Source of the DNA: Nitrosococcus oceani ATCC 19707
GTDB taxonomy: Bacteria; Pseudomonadota; Gammaproteobacteria; Nitrosococcales; Nitrosococcaceae
Direction: 5' to 3'
Length of the DNA stretch: 32,000 nucleotides
Assembly (NCBI RefSeq): GCF_000012805.1
Contig: NC_007484.1
Span: forward strand, 120,001 to 152,000
The position numbers and the translations under genes are program-made. Below the pieces are notes generated by a model, which worked only from the letters and a program-made list of their open reading frames with translations, did no database searches and was not told the DNA's origin. Shown here one piece after another: positions 1-9,463 of this stretch. Each line of letters begins with the position of its first letter. The first letter of the stretch is position 1.

Positions 1-861
1 CAGGTAGCGATCAAAAGGGCTATGATCCGCTCGCCATGCCGCTGCCTCAAAAGCCGCAATAGCGTTGGCGGCATGAGCATAGGTAATTTGCTCAGGGGTC
101 AGGGCAAAAGCTTGGTTAAACAGTTGAGCATACTCTTCGTTAGCTTTTAACCGATTCGCGAGCTGTTCCCAAACACCCCCGGGTCCTGCTAAATTGCCAG
201 CTTCTGCCGCATCGGCAATAGGATTTTCCCCTGGTTGCCCTGCCATTTCTGAATTGGAAGTGACTGGAAACATAGCTTGAGCAGCCAACACATTTTCTAG
301 AACTCCAATAGGTAACTCATCCCCTGCCGGGGTATTGAACCCGCTGGGTGCTAAGGAATCTACTTCTGCCCGGCCATCGTAAAACATCACGGTCATGTGT
401 TTGGCGCCTACATTAAAAAGCGGAGGTGCATTCCGGGGAACGCGCTCGTAAATAGCCTCATTCCCGAAACCCGTATTTCGGGTAATTCCTAGTCCTCGTC
501 CCCCTTCCCCCACGGACAAGGAAAGACCATCGCCGGTAGCAGCCAAGGGGTGATGGCAGGTGGCGCAGGAGATATTTTGATTGCCGCTTAAGATCTTGTC
601 GAAAAAAAGGAATTTACCTAACTGGAACTTCGCAGGATCAGGCCTACCATGATCGTAAAAATCAGAGTCAGTCGCAGGGAGAGGCAAACGATAATTAGCA
701 CCAGAGTAGGCTAGGTTATTTGCTGACAAATATGAAAATAAGGTTAAATGGCCGTGAGAATTGGGGCCGTTTGTAGGGATAGATGGCTCCTGATTGGCCA
801 CTGCATAGAGGGGTATACCTGCTAATAATAAGCAGAAAGGCAAGATAGTTTTCTTTCGCAT
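1..861 (-). CDS. di-haem cytochrome c peroxidase (CCP/MauG) family protein, N-terminal part; the 3' end runs off the window
   Basis: My own minus-strand translation from the ATG at 861..859 gives MRKKTILPFCLLLLAGIPLYAVANQ..., a signal peptide. It continues ...LGKFLFFDKILSGNQNISCATCHHPLAATGDG..., which is the first CxxCH haem-c motif in the usual CCP-family context. The frame stays open to base 1. It is absent from the ORF track because it is truncated. Confidence 0.8.
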   Translation of the reverse strand, partial: MRKKTILPFCLLLAGIPLYAVANQEPSIPTNGPNSHGHLTLFSYLSANNLAYSGANYRLPLPATDSDFYDHGRPDPAKFQLGKFLFFDKILSGNQNISCATCHHPLAATGDGLSLSVGEGGRGLGITRNTGFGNEAIYERVPRNAPPLFNVGAKHMTVMFYDGRAEVDSLAPSGFNTPAGDELPIGVLENVLAAQAMFPVTSNSEMAGQPGENPIADAAEAGNLAGPGGVWEQLANRLKANEEYAQLFNQAFALTPEQITYAHAANAIAAFEAAAWRADHSPFDRYL

Positions 862-1066
862 GGTATTTCTTCCGTAGCTAAATTCTTTCTCTAGAAAATA
901 ACTTCTTAGACGGTCACTTCTAGGATAAGGATAGGATAGAGCAAAAGAAAAAAGTAGGATTTACCGCACAAATCAACAGATAAGAGAGATTATAGGGATA
1001 TTAATATTTAAAGGCGGACTGAAATAATCGAGTGGGCTCTCCTGTTTGCCAGATGTAAAAAATGCT

Positions 1067-2944
1067 TCATCCCAGCAGCGTATCTTCGGCTTTAGCTAAG
1101 CCGGTTTGTACACGCCACTGGGCAGCATAGCGGCCATTAGCTTCAAGCAGCTCAGCATGGGTACCATGTTCGATGACCCGACCTTGATGAATCACTACGA
1201 TCCGGTCGGCGTATACGATGGTTGATAGTCGGTGGGCGATCATAATCACCGTTCGGTCATGGCCAATACGCTGAAGTGAACGCTGGATAGCTGCCTCGGT
1301 TTCATTATCGACGGCGCTGGTAGCCTCATCCAGCACCAGGATGGGCGGATTTTTAATTAAAGCCCGGGCCAAGGACAAGCGCTGGCGCTGACCGCCAGAG
1401 AGGCGCACGCCGCGCTCACCCACCGGGGTATCTAGCCCCTGCGGCAGCGCATGGATGAAGTTCCAAGCTTCGGCAGTGATAGCAGCCTTGATGATCGACT
1501 CCTCGTCGGCATCGGGACGTCCGTAGGCGATATTGTTGCGGATACTGCCTTCAAACAGATAAACCTCTTGGCTAACTAGGCCGATGGCTTGGCGCAGAGA
1601 GTATAAACTGATCTCCCTAACCGGCTGGCCATCAATGCATACTTGTCCCTCATGGGGATCATAGAAACGCAGTAGTAGCTTGATCAGGGTCGATTTGCCT
1701 GATCCCGTTGCCCCCACTAGGGCCAAGGTACTGCCCCCTGGCACAGATAGATTGATGTTCTCCACGCCGGCACCGCTGCTCGCGTAACGAAAGCTAACGC
1801 CCTGGAAGTGGACTTCCCCGCGAACTGGGGTCGCAAGAGAGCGATTGCTGACATCCTGCACTTCTACTGTTACTTCCAGTAGATCGAGAATGCGCCGTGT
1901 GCTGGCCATGGCCCGCTCGAAAAGATCAATAACCTCGGCCAAGCCGGTTAGCGGCCACAGCAGACGTTGCGTTAGAAACACTAGGACGCCATAGGCACCT
2001 ACATTAAGACTGCCCTGCAACGCCATCATACCGCCGATAGTGAAGGTGGCCAGAAAGCCAACCAGAATAGCCATGCGAATTACCGGGATAAATGCTGAAC
2101 TCACCCGAATCGCCCTGCGATTGGCTTCTACATAGGTTTCACTGACTGCTTTCAGGCGCTCGGCCTCACGTGCCTCGGCGGTAAAACTCTTGATAGTGGC
2201 AATGCCACTCAAATTGTTGCCCAGGCGGCTTGCTAAGTCGCCAACCTTCTCGCGCACATCATTGTAGAGGGGACCGGCCTTGCGCTGAAAGAAGAAAGCG
2301 CCCCAAATAATCAGCGGAACCGGGGTGAAAGCGAGCAGTGCGATCAGCGGTGATAAGATGAAGAACACTGCACCTACCGCTATCACTGCTACCCCTACCT
2401 GGATTAGGGCATTAGCGCCTCCATCCAGAAAGCGCTCAAGCTGGTTGACGTCATCGTTCATGATTGCCACCAGGTGGCCGGAACTCTTCGACTCGAAAAA
2501 ACTCATATCCAGCTGTTGGACATGTTCATAAGTGTCCTGGCGCAGATCCGCCTGCAACCGCTGAGCTAGGTTGCGCCACAGAATCTTGTAGAGGTATTCA
2601 AACAGCGACTCTCCTACCCAAATAAAAAAGGTGAGTATTGCCAATACTAGAATTTGTTCTTCAGGCGTAGTGAAGTTCAACCGAGCGACAAAACTGTCTT
2701 CTTTATTGACGACTACATCGATAGCCACCCCAATCAATATTTCCGGGGCGATATCGAATAGCTTGTTAATGATTGAGCAGGCAGTAGCCGCCAGAATTCG
2801 CCGACGATAACCTTTAGCATAACGCAGCAAACGCGCCAATGCTTGAACACTGTGGGTGGTCGAAGTTAGCAAGATATATCTGTCCGAATAGGCCACAAAG
2901 TCTTGAAGTCGAAGATAAGGGCCGTGAAAATTGCCACTAGACAT
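1067..2944 (-). CDS. ABC transporter, fused permease/ATP-binding protein (MsbA/multidrug-exporter type)
   Basis: 625-aa ORF. The N-terminal half has six hydrophobic segments. The C-terminal half carries Walker A GATGSGKST, the ABC signature LSGGQRQR, Walker B ILVLDEATSAVD and the H-loop IAHRLST. Confidence 0.9.
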   Translation of the reverse strand: MSSGNFHGPYLRLQDFVAYSDRYILLTSTTHSVQALARLLRYAKGYRRRILAATACSIINKLFDIAPEILIGVAIDVVVNKEDSFVARLNFTTPEEQILVLAILTFFIWVGESLFEYLYKILWRNLAQRLQADLRQDTYEHVQQLDMSFFESKSSGHLVAIMNDDVNQLERFLDGGANALIQVGVAVIAVGAVFFILSPLIALLAFTPVPLIIWGAFFFQRKAGPLYNDVREKVGDLASRLGNNLSGIATIKSFTAEAREAERLKAVSETYVEANRRAIRVSSAFIPVIRMAILVGFLATFTIGGMMALQGSLNVGAYGVLVFLTQRLLWPLTGLAEVIDLFERAMASTRRILDLLEVTVEVQDVSNRSLATPVRGEVHFQGVSFRYASSGAGVENINLSVPGGSTLALVGATGSGKSTLIKLLLRFYDPHEGQVCIDGQPVREISLYSLRQAIGLVSQEVYLFEGSIRNNIAYGRPDADEESIIKAAITAEAWNFIHALPQGLDTPVGERGVRLSGGQRQRLSLARALIKNPPILVLDEATSAVDNETEAAIQRSLQRIGHDRTVIMIAHRLSTIVYADRIVVIHQGRVIEHGTHAELLEANGRYAAQWRVQTGLAKAEDTLLG

Positions 2945-3017
2945 TATTTTATCCCATGGCCTTCTAGGGCAGCCCCGTATTATGGATGAATCGCCGTAGG
3001 TATTACAGAGGTAGGGA

Positions 3018-3347
3018 TCAGGGAGCGCGTTTGGGATTACCTTCGTCCAGGGCTTGCGAGTACGGTGGGATTCGGAAATTCTCCTCTCAAACCTGCTGAG
3101 GCAAGACGCACAATGCGTGGCGTCTTGCCTCCTGCCGGTAAACGCTCTGGATCAGCCTTCGAGCCTTGTATTCATAGAAGGTGGAGGGAGCCATCGGCAA
3201 CTGACGATAGATCAGCTCGATCTCGTAGTTAGCCTAGTGATCGTCAATAAACGACACCCTCAGTCGGTGCTCGAACGCCGTCTAGGTAAAATACCCGGGA
3301 AGCCTTTTGTGCAAGATCTCGTTAGCCTGCTTCAGCTGACGATTCTC
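3018..3347 (-). mobile_element. degenerate IS3-family transposase fragment (pseudogene, OrfA end / OrfB start region)
   Basis: One minus-strand frame reads ENRQLKQANEILHKRLPGYFT*TAFEHRLRVSFIDDH*ANYEIELIYRQLPMAPSTFYEYKARR...QQV*EENFRIPPY... This matches the IS3 OrfAB pattern (..EN..L..ENEILKKA..YF.. / ..FI..H...YGI..IC..L.IAPSTYY.. / ..EENF.VYG). It has three in-frame stops and is truncated at both ends. I saw no inverted repeats. Confidence 0.6.
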
Positions 3348-3424
3348 CCTTTTATTCTACGATAAAGACTTAGGGCATTATGCACGATTATATGCTTGGA
3401 AAACCGTGTGTAGCCACAACAAAA

Positions 3425-3559
3425 CTATAATCTTCCCGTAAGAAGCAAGATTAATAAAACTAAGAGTAATATGCCACCCACGCTCCCCACAGCAACATTT
3501 TGTATTAAGGCCGCGACAATAAGCACAATAAGAATTAAACCAAGTAGGCCGTACGTCAT
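3425..3559 (-). CDS. small hydrophobic membrane peptide (44 aa, DUF3309-like)
   Basis: The ATG at 3559 is preceded by GAGGAG about 8 nt upstream. The product is MTYGLLGLILIVLIVAALIQNVAVGSVGGILLLVLLILLLTGRL, two hydrophobic stretches and a basic C-terminus. It is below the size cut-off of the ORF track. Confidence 0.5.
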   Translation of the reverse strand: MTYGLLGLILIVLIVAALIQNVAVGSVGGILLLVLLILLLTGRL

Positions 3560-3577
3560 TGCTCGTTCTCCTCTATA

Positions 3578-4543
3578 TTATACAGACGGATGGCGGCGAT
3601 AGGAGGAGCTTATTCTGCGCACAGTCGAGGCTCCGATTAATCCTCCGAAAATCGCCGCGGTCAGCGCGAGTGCGGCGCTTACGAAGGTGACCCATAATAC
3701 CGCTTGCGTGTAATCTGATACCGTTTCCGCACGTTGTTTGAGTTCAGCCTGGATTTCGTTAATTTGGGCCTCAATTTCTTGAGACACACCATCAATAATG
3801 GCGTTTATCTCTCGCTCGGATAGATTGGTATTAGCAACCAGTACGTTCTTAGCACGTTGTTCATTTCCGAATATGAGTTCCTGAGCTACTGATTTAAGCG
3901 TATCTTCATCAAGTTCCCGCAGAGCTTGGCGTGCCTCATCCGGGGATATTTGCTCTCCACCCGTATTTGCAATTACTTTTGCGGCGCGACGTTTTATCTG
4001 CGCTTGAATAGCGTTCATGACGGAAGATGGGAGGAGATCTTTCCCCTCAGAGCCTACTTCACTCGCGCCTTTGAACCCGGCGGAACCCACCTCCGCGGTT
4101 GCAGCCACTGTTCCTTTAACAAGTGATTGGCCCGCATTAATGATTCCGCTAACCCCCCACGCACCAAGTACTAGCATCAAAGCGGTGCCCGCACTCCATA
4201 CCGTTATGCCATGCAATATGCCGATGGTATTGTCTGGTTTACCAGCTAAACGAGCAGCGAGTAGCGCGCCTAAAAAAAATACCACGATCATACTCACTAC
4301 TGTCCAAATGGTTACGCCAATGCCTAATCCTTCGCCTATAGCGTCTAGATCCGTTGCATCAGCGATACCCACGCCAATAGCTGAGCCTAGTAAAAATAAC
4401 AACCATCCTGTAGAAATTACAAAAAATAAACCCGCGAATATGGCGCCCCAGCTAATAAGAGGTTCCCATTTCCTTTCTACGATTGCCGCTTGTTCTGCCG
4501 CTTTCCTTTCTATGATTGCCGCTTGTTCTGCCGGTGTACTCAT
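3578..4543 (-). CDS. hypothetical membrane protein (Gly-rich TM bundle, coiled-coil region, C-terminal TM anchor)
   Basis: 321-aa ORF. The N-terminus has a duplicated 11-aa unit, AEQAAI(I/V)ERKA. Three to four glycine-rich TM helices follow (GLFFVISTGWLLFLLGSAIGVGIA..., GIGVTIWTVVSMIVVFFLGALLAA..., AGTALMLVLGAWGV...). Then comes a charged helical segment and a last TM helix. I recognise no family. Confidence 0.7.
   Translation of the reverse strand: MSTPAEQAAIIERKAAEQAAIVERKWEPLISWGAIFAGLFFVISTGWLLFLLGSAIGVGIADATDLDAIGEGLGIGVTIWTVVSMIVVFFLGALLAARLAGKPDNTIGILHGITVWSAGTALMLVLGAWGVSGIINAGQSLVKGTVAATAEVGSAGFKGASEVGSEGKDLLPSSVMNAIQAQIKRRAAKVIANTGGEQISPDEARQALRELDEDTLKSVAQELIFGNEQRAKNVLVANTNLSEREINAIIDGVSQEIEAQINEIQAELKQRAETVSDYTQAVLWVTFVSAALALTAAIFGGLIGASTVRRISSSYRRHPSV
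4469..4533. repeat. 33-bp tandem direct repeat (2 copies, 1 mismatch) inside the 5' end of the 3578..4543 CDS
   Basis: tttcctttcta[c/t]gattgccgcttgttctgccg occurs at 4469-4500 and 4502-4533. The repeat is in frame and encodes the duplicated ERKAAEQAAI(I/V) unit. Confidence 0.85.
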
Positions 4544-4787
4544 AAGATTCTCCTAAAATGTTTTTTAACTCGAGAGGCTTGTACACACCACCTTAAATCG
4601 AGTTGAAGCTATTAGAATTATATAATTAGGCAATTAACATACCATTAGCCTTAAACATAGAAGAGCGGAGTCCTGCTTACAAATATTAAATTGAACTACC
4701 GGGAACTAGAGGAGGGGGCCGACAAGCGGGTGTAGAAGTTGACTATTCGATTCCCCATTGCTGAGTTTATTAGGATTCGTTGTAAGT

Positions 4788-6110
4788 CTACTTTTCATCG
4801 TTCTCTTTCTCTCTATCAGGGTGTAGGGTTAATACGCACCATTTGATTCCGCGGCCTTCCAGGGCAGTCACCGTGATGCGGATGCCCTGGAAGGTGAGGG
4901 TATCGCCTACGGCGGGCTCGCGGCCGAGTAGATGAAGCACCAGGCCACCTAGGGTATCTACTTCCTTATGGCAGAAATTAATACCCAATTGTTTACCCAC
5001 TTCATCGAGGCGCCAGAGGCCAGGTACATGCACGCCGCCTTGAGTATCCACAAAGGCGGTTGGCGAAGTGCCGGGCTCCTCTTCGATTTCGCCCACCACT
5101 TCCTCGCAGAGATCTTCAATAGAAACAATACCTGATGTTCCCCCATACTCGTCAATGACAACCACCATGTGGGTATGAGCCCGGCGCATTGCGGTTAGTA
5201 CCGTATCTACGGAGGCCGTTTCGGGGACGAAGGAAAGAGTTTGGAGATTTTTCTGGCGCAGGGAATGATTGGCAACGAGCAGGCGCAGTATCTCTTTGAT
5301 ATGGATGAGACCGACAATCTGATCCAGAGTACCTTCGAACACGGGATAACGGGTGTGGTGGGTACTGCGGATAATAGTGATTAATTCATCAGGAGAAGCC
5401 CCCAGGGGGATGCCGGTAATATGGACTCGCGGCACCATCACCTCCTCGGCCGTTTGCTCTCGAAATTCTAGTAATTCACGTAGCATCTGCCCTGCTTCAG
5501 GATTAAGCGCGCCGCCTTCCTCGCTTTCCTCTACAATAAGCTGCAATTCTTCGGCTGTGTGGTAGTGATTGCTGGTGAAGCTGCGCTTAATGCCCATAAT
5601 CCGCAAAATGGCGGTGCCCAAGCCGTTCAGGGTGGCGACCAAAGGATAAGTAGCAAACTGAATCCAGCGCATGGGGCGGGCCATCCAAAGGGTGGTGCCT
5701 TCGGCATATATGAGTGCAAGGGATTTAGGCACCATTTCACCCAGGACAATATGGAAGTAGGTCAGGATGGTAATAGCCAATACGCTGGCCAGGGTATGAA
5801 CGGCAATCCAGGAAGAGGCATTTAGCTCCTCTAGCCATCCGGCAAACCATTGAGCAAGAACATGTTCGCCGTACATGCCTAACCCTAAACTAGCCAGGGT
5901 AATGCCAAGCTGCGCGGTGGCAATGTAGCGGTCTTGTTGTATTGGGTCCCGGAGGATGGTTTGTACTCGGACTGCACTAGCCTCTCCGGTAATTGCACGG
6001 AGTTCGATGGTAGTCCGCGGCACCCCAATAATAGCAAACTCCGCCGCCACGAAAAGACCATTCAGAAGAATCAACAAAACAATGATGATAACCGGTATCC
6101 ATCCTTCCAT
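4788..6110 (-). CDS. CNNM / HlyC-CorC family transporter (DUF21 - CBS pair - CorC_HlyC)
   Basis: 440 aa. The N-terminal DUF21-type TM domain reads [14 protein letters not shown]...[14 protein letters not shown]-pair region follows ([11 protein letters not shown]...; [18 protein letters not shown]), then a C-terminal CorC/TlyC-type domain. Confidence 0.9.
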   Translation of the reverse strand: MEGWIPVIIIVLLILLNGLFVAAEFAIIGVPRTTIELRAITGEASAVRVQTILRDPIQQDRYIATAQLGITLASLGLGMYGEHVLAQWFAGWLEELNASSWIAVHTLASVLAITILTYFHIVLGEMVPKSLALIYAEGTTLWMARPMRWIQFATYPLVATLNGLGTAILRIMGIKRSFTSNHYHTAEELQLIVEESEEGGALNPEAGQMLRELLEFREQTAEEVMVPRVHITGIPLGASPDELITIIRSTHHTRYPVFEGTLDQIVGLIHIKEILRLLVANHSLRQKNLQTLSFVPETASVDTVLTAMRRAHTHMVVVIDEYGGTSGIVSIEDLCEEVVGEIEEEPGTSPTAFVDTQGGVHVPGLWRLDEVGKQLGINFCHKEVDTLGGLVLHLLGREPAVGDTLTFQGIRITVTALEGRGIKWCVLTLHPDREKENDEK

Positions 6111-6113
6111 GGG

Positions 6114-7442
6114 TTAGTCTCCAACTTTTGGGATGGAGGCTTCTGGCGACGGGCTGGTTTGCACCAGAACGGACCGGATAGCGGAGCCATCTAGTTCTTC
6201 GATTTCTACCTCTAGGCCGTCGATAATAACCCGCTCGCCAGGTTCAGGAATCCGCTCCAGCACAGAAGTAATATGATCCGTTACCGTATTGGCCTGGCTA
6301 TGCCATGGTAAGCCCGTCCAGAGAACGGTTTCCTCCACGCGGAGTAAGCCAGGTAGGCGAACTCGCCCATCGGGAAGGTATTCTGGTTGAAGAGCTGGTT
6401 CTTTGGAGCCCTTCGCTACTCCTCTAGTAAGCGCGATGAGCATGTCATCTAGGGTAACTAACCCCTGGGCAGCGCCATGTTTATCGACAACGATGAGTTT
6501 ACGAGAACGGCGTTGTCGCATGATGGCAAGCAGGCGGTCACCTGTTACTTTGTCGAGCACGCGGATGGTAGATCGCATTGCTTCGGCCACGGTGGGTAGT
6601 GTTTTATATTCGGCAAAATAGGCGGTGATATCCTTGGTGTGAATCATACCTGTGATATTCTCTAAGGAGTTCTGGTAAACGGGTAAGCTGGAGAAGGGAG
6701 ACTCAACCACGATCTGGAATAGTTGCCGAGGTGGCGTTTCTATATCCACGGCAGCGACGAATTGGCGGGGGACCATGAGTTGCTGGGCGGTGTGCCGACT
6801 CAGGTATAGCGCCTGATGCAAACGCTGTTGCTCGTATAGTTTAAGTAGTCCCCCTTCCCGACTCTCAGCGATGAGCATATCGATCTCCTCTGGAGAGTGA
6901 ACATGGCGATGCCGGGAATGCCGAATTCCTATTATTTTCAGCAAGATCATACCGCTGCCATTGAGGAAGGCGATAAAGCTGCTGTAGAATTTCAGCGACC
7001 AGTGCATAGGTAAATAGGTGTAGAGAGCAAGGTGTACGGGGTATTGCAGTGCCAGTGCTTTGGGGACGAGTTCACCAAGTACGACTTGCAAACTGGTGAG
7101 TAGTACTAATACGACTACTGCTGCGGTTGATTGGGCAGCGAGCGCTTTCATATCCCCGAACTGCTCGAGCAGAAGGGCTAGATCTTGACCAAGGGTTGCC
7201 TGTCCATAGGCACCTAGAATTAAGCTTGATAGGGTGATTCCTATCTGGCTGGCAGCGATATAATGATCAAGACGGGTGGTGTCCTCAATATTGGGCAATA
7301 GCCCCTTTGCCAACCAGTGGCCGTTTTCCGCGAGCTTTTTAATCTGGCTACGGCGTACCCCTACAGCAGCGAATTCCGCAGCAACGTAGAGGGCGTTGGC
7401 TGTGATAAGGAATAAGAGCACGATGAAAACGGTTCCATTCAT
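6114..7442 (-). CDS. CNNM / HlyC-CorC family transporter, tandem paralogue
   Basis: 442 aa with the same architecture (ANALYVAAEFAAVG...LGELVPKALALQYP; LMVPRQFVAAV; IVVDKHGAAQGLVTLDD). It ends 3 nt before the start of the 4788..6110 gene. Confidence 0.9.
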   Translation of the reverse strand: MNGTVFIVLLFLITANALYVAAEFAAVGVRRSQIKKLAENGHWLAKGLLPNIEDTTRLDHYIAASQIGITLSSLILGAYGQATLGQDLALLLEQFGDMKALAAQSTAAVVVLVLLTSLQVVLGELVPKALALQYPVHLALYTYLPMHWSLKFYSSFIAFLNGSGMILLKIIGIRHSRHRHVHSPEEIDMLIAESREGGLLKLYEQQRLHQALYLSRHTAQQLMVPRQFVAAVDIETPPRQLFQIVVESPFSSLPVYQNSLENITGMIHTKDITAYFAEYKTLPTVAEAMRSTIRVLDKVTGDRLLAIMRQRRSRKLIVVDKHGAAQGLVTLDDMLIALTRGVAKGSKEPALQPEYLPDGRVRLPGLLRVEETVLWTGLPWHSQANTVTDHITSVLERIPEPGERVIIDGLEVEIEELDGSAIRSVLVQTSPSPEASIPKVGD

Positions 7443-7636
7443 TTTAATAGTCTATGGTTAATTAAATAGGGAGGGTGCTGATTATTTCTATGGGTTTGAC
7501 CCATAAACCTATTATGGTTGACACTTAATTTTAGATAATTCTTTATGGCATGTACTTTGAGCTAAATAACAGAGATGCACAAGCTTCCTGAGCCATAAGC
7601 TCTAATAGTTGTTTTTTTATAAAAGGTTTAAAAACT

Positions 7637-8251
7637 ATGGATATTGCTAAGAAATTCTTACCTTTGCCTTGGCGGGCACAATTTCTCGCCTTTGCTGCGT
7701 TGACGGTTTTTGCATTACCGCTTCATGCTGAATCGGGAGAAGCCCCCTCCCTGACGCCCGCTCAGATGCAGGAGTTTCACAAGCTGCAGCAAAAGATGCG
7801 CACCGTTGGGCAACAATTGGATGAAATTCGGCAAGAAACTCTGAAGACGACACCCAAACTTCAGGAGCAGCAGGAGGAATATCAATCATTATTATTCAAG
7901 ACAATGAAAGAGCAAGGGAGCGATCCAGATCCGGCACTAGCACGCATGCGCGAGATCGAAGGACAGGTCCAAAACGAGGATTTGCCCGAAGACGAGCGCA
8001 AGCAGTTCATTATGGAATACCAGCAAAAAGATGCGCAACTCCAGCAAGCAAGCCGTGATGCGATGCAGGATGAAAAAGTTCGTAAGATGGCTGAATCTCT
8101 ATCCCAGGACACCGTTGCCGCAATGCGTGAGCAGGATCCTAAGACGGAAGAATTATTGCGGGAGATGGAGCAACTTCGCGAAGAAATGCAGGGGATCGTA
8201 GCCAAAATTAAGCCTAAGCCTCAGGCGGGATCCGGTTCCAGCAGCGAATGA
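7637..8251 (+). CDS. secreted/periplasmic coiled-coil protein with one LTxxQ motif (possibly Spy/CpxP-like), function unknown
   Basis: 204 aa. The signal peptide ...FAALTVFALPLHA/ES is followed by a Q/E/K-rich helical sequence that includes SLTPAQMQEF, and the protein ends in a Ser/Gly tail. Confidence 0.65.
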   Translation: MDIAKKFLPLPWRAQFLAFAALTVFALPLHAESGEAPSLTPAQMQEFHKLQQKMRTVGQQLDEIRQETLKTTPKLQEQQEEYQSLLFKTMKEQGSDPDPALARMREIEGQVQNEDLPEDERKQFIMEYQQKDAQLQQASRDAMQDEKVRKMAESLSQDTVAAMREQDPKTEELLREMEQLREEMQGIVAKIKPKPQAGSGSSSE

Positions 8252-8292
8252 TAAGTTGTGGTTGAATTTTAGCATTCAGCGAGAAGGAATCG

Positions 8293-8326
8293 AGCCAGGT
8301 AGCGTCCTTTGCAGCGTTACCTGGCT
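8293..8326 (+). terminator. possible stem-loop terminator downstream of the 7637..8251 gene
   Basis: agccaggta(gcg)tcctttgca(gcgt)tacctggct forms a 9-bp perfect stem plus extra pairs. There is no clear U-tract, so it is only a candidate. Confidence 0.35.
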
Positions 8327-8392
8327 AGCTTGAGTTATTTCAAACCCTATCTTGGTAAACCAACAAGGTCTTGGTTTTAGGGGATAGATGCC

Positions 8393-8830
8393 ATGAGCGT
8401 TTCAGTAACATCAATGGCCTTTTTTCTGTGTTTTTTGATAATAATTCTAGCAGTGGCGGGTTGCTCCGGGCCACGGCCTATTTTGTATCCTAATAACCAT
8501 TTTAAGGAGGTCGGTCAAGAAGTTGCCGAGCAGGATATTGCCAAGTGCCGCGCTATGGCTGAGGCTGCTGGAGCCACGCCTGGAAAGGGAAAGGCTGCGG
8601 GTGCGGCGAAAAGCTCGGCGGTGGGGGCAGGAGTGGGCGCAGCCTCCGGTGCCGTTGGTGGTGCGGTGATAGGCGCTCCGGGTAGCGGTGCGGCAATTGG
8701 GGCGGCTAGTGGCGCCGCGACCGGACTATTACGCAGACTATTCAGCCCTTCGCCGCCTAGTCAAGCCTATATTGCGTTCGTTAATCAATGCTTAAAAGAG
8801 CGCGGATATACACCAATGGGTTGGGAGTAG
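8393..8830 (+). CDS. glycine-zipper lipoprotein
   Basis: 145 aa. It has a lipobox, LAVAG/CSG. A long Gly/Ala zipper follows (GAGVGAASGAVGGAVIGAPGSGAAIGAASGAATG). The C-terminal motif ..AYIAFVNQCLKERGYTPMGW is common in small Gly-zipper lipoproteins. Confidence 0.75.
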   Translation: MSVSVTSMAFFLCFLIIILAVAGCSGPRPILYPNNHFKEVGQEVAEQDIAKCRAMAEAAGATPGKGKAAGAAKSSAVGAGVGAASGAVGGAVIGAPGSGAAIGAASGAATGLLRRLFSPSPPSQAYIAFVNQCLKERGYTPMGWE

Positions 8831-9006
8831 TAGGCCAGTCCTGAAAATTATTCCCGCCCTCATAAGAGGAATATCCACGTTTTTCATCAAGGGAGAAGAA
8901 AATCTTTCCGGGCTGGCTTATCGATATTATTACGATTTTAGGTTTTGCTCATTTTCTCCACAAGGAGAATGAGGATCTAATCAGCCCCGTAGATTTCTTA
9001 TTTGTT

Positions 9007-9249
9007 CTATCCTAATTTGCTAATTTGCACCTGCCATATCTCTGGTCCTTCTTCTAGGTATTGCCAGTTAAAATTTTCGCCCTGTTCCTGCTGGAACTGA
9101 TAGTAGAGGGGTTTTGGGTCATGATCGTTGGTAAGGAGTAAGGCTTCTCCTGGTTCGAGTTCATAAAAGGTGCGGAAAATCAGGGGATGGCGTTCCTGGG
9201 GTCGGATACTGCGTACGTCAATATTCGCTCTGAAGGTCTGCTGATTCAT
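9007..9249 (-). CDS. DUF2249-like small protein
   Basis: MNQQTFRANIDVRSIRPQERHPLIFRTFYELEPGEALLLTNDHDPKPLYYQF... carries the 'L..NDHDPKPLYYQ' signature I associate with DUF2249. I chose the start at the ATG at 9249, which has GGAG 8-9 nt upstream, rather than the track start at 9297. Confidence 0.7.
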   Translation of the reverse strand: MNQQTFRANIDVRSIRPQERHPLIFRTFYELEPGEALLLTNDHDPKPLYYQFQQEQGENFNWQYLEEGPEIWQVQISKLG

Positions 9250-9463
9250 GATTTTTCTCCAATGAAAAATACGTATTTCAATATGAATTTGTAGCATAAC
9301 TTACGATTATAATCAATATATAAAATACACCTTTTTATTACGTAAATAGCATTTGTCACGGAGTGGAGGTGCCAAGGCTCTTTATGTTATTCCACTGCCT
9401 GTTTCCCTCTTTGCTCGGTAAGCTGTTAGAATTTTTTGCTGAAGAACGAGAAAATAGAGATAA

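Noticed and set aside
3054-3365. 103-aa plus-strand ORF from the track
   Set aside because: It has no recognisable motifs or RBS. The opposite strand reads as a decayed IS3 transposase, so this ORF is best explained as a chance open frame over a pseudogene.
4017-4556. 179-aa plus-strand ORF, Pro/Ser/Thr/Ala-rich
   Set aside because: It is entirely antisense to the well-supported membrane-protein gene at 3578..4543. Its composition is typical of a shadow frame opposite a hydrophobic CDS.
8948-8973. Imperfect hairpin ctcattttctcc-acaa-ggagaatgag between the convergent lipoprotein and DUF2249-like genes
   Set aside because: The stem has a 2-nt bulge and there is no U-tract on either strand. 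This is too weak to call a terminator.
9250-9297. 16-codon N-terminal extension of the DUF2249-like ORF
   Set aside because: The internal ATG at 9249 has a GGAG RBS, whereas the extension (MLQIHIEIRIFHWRKI) has none and runs through that AT-rich RBS/leader region.
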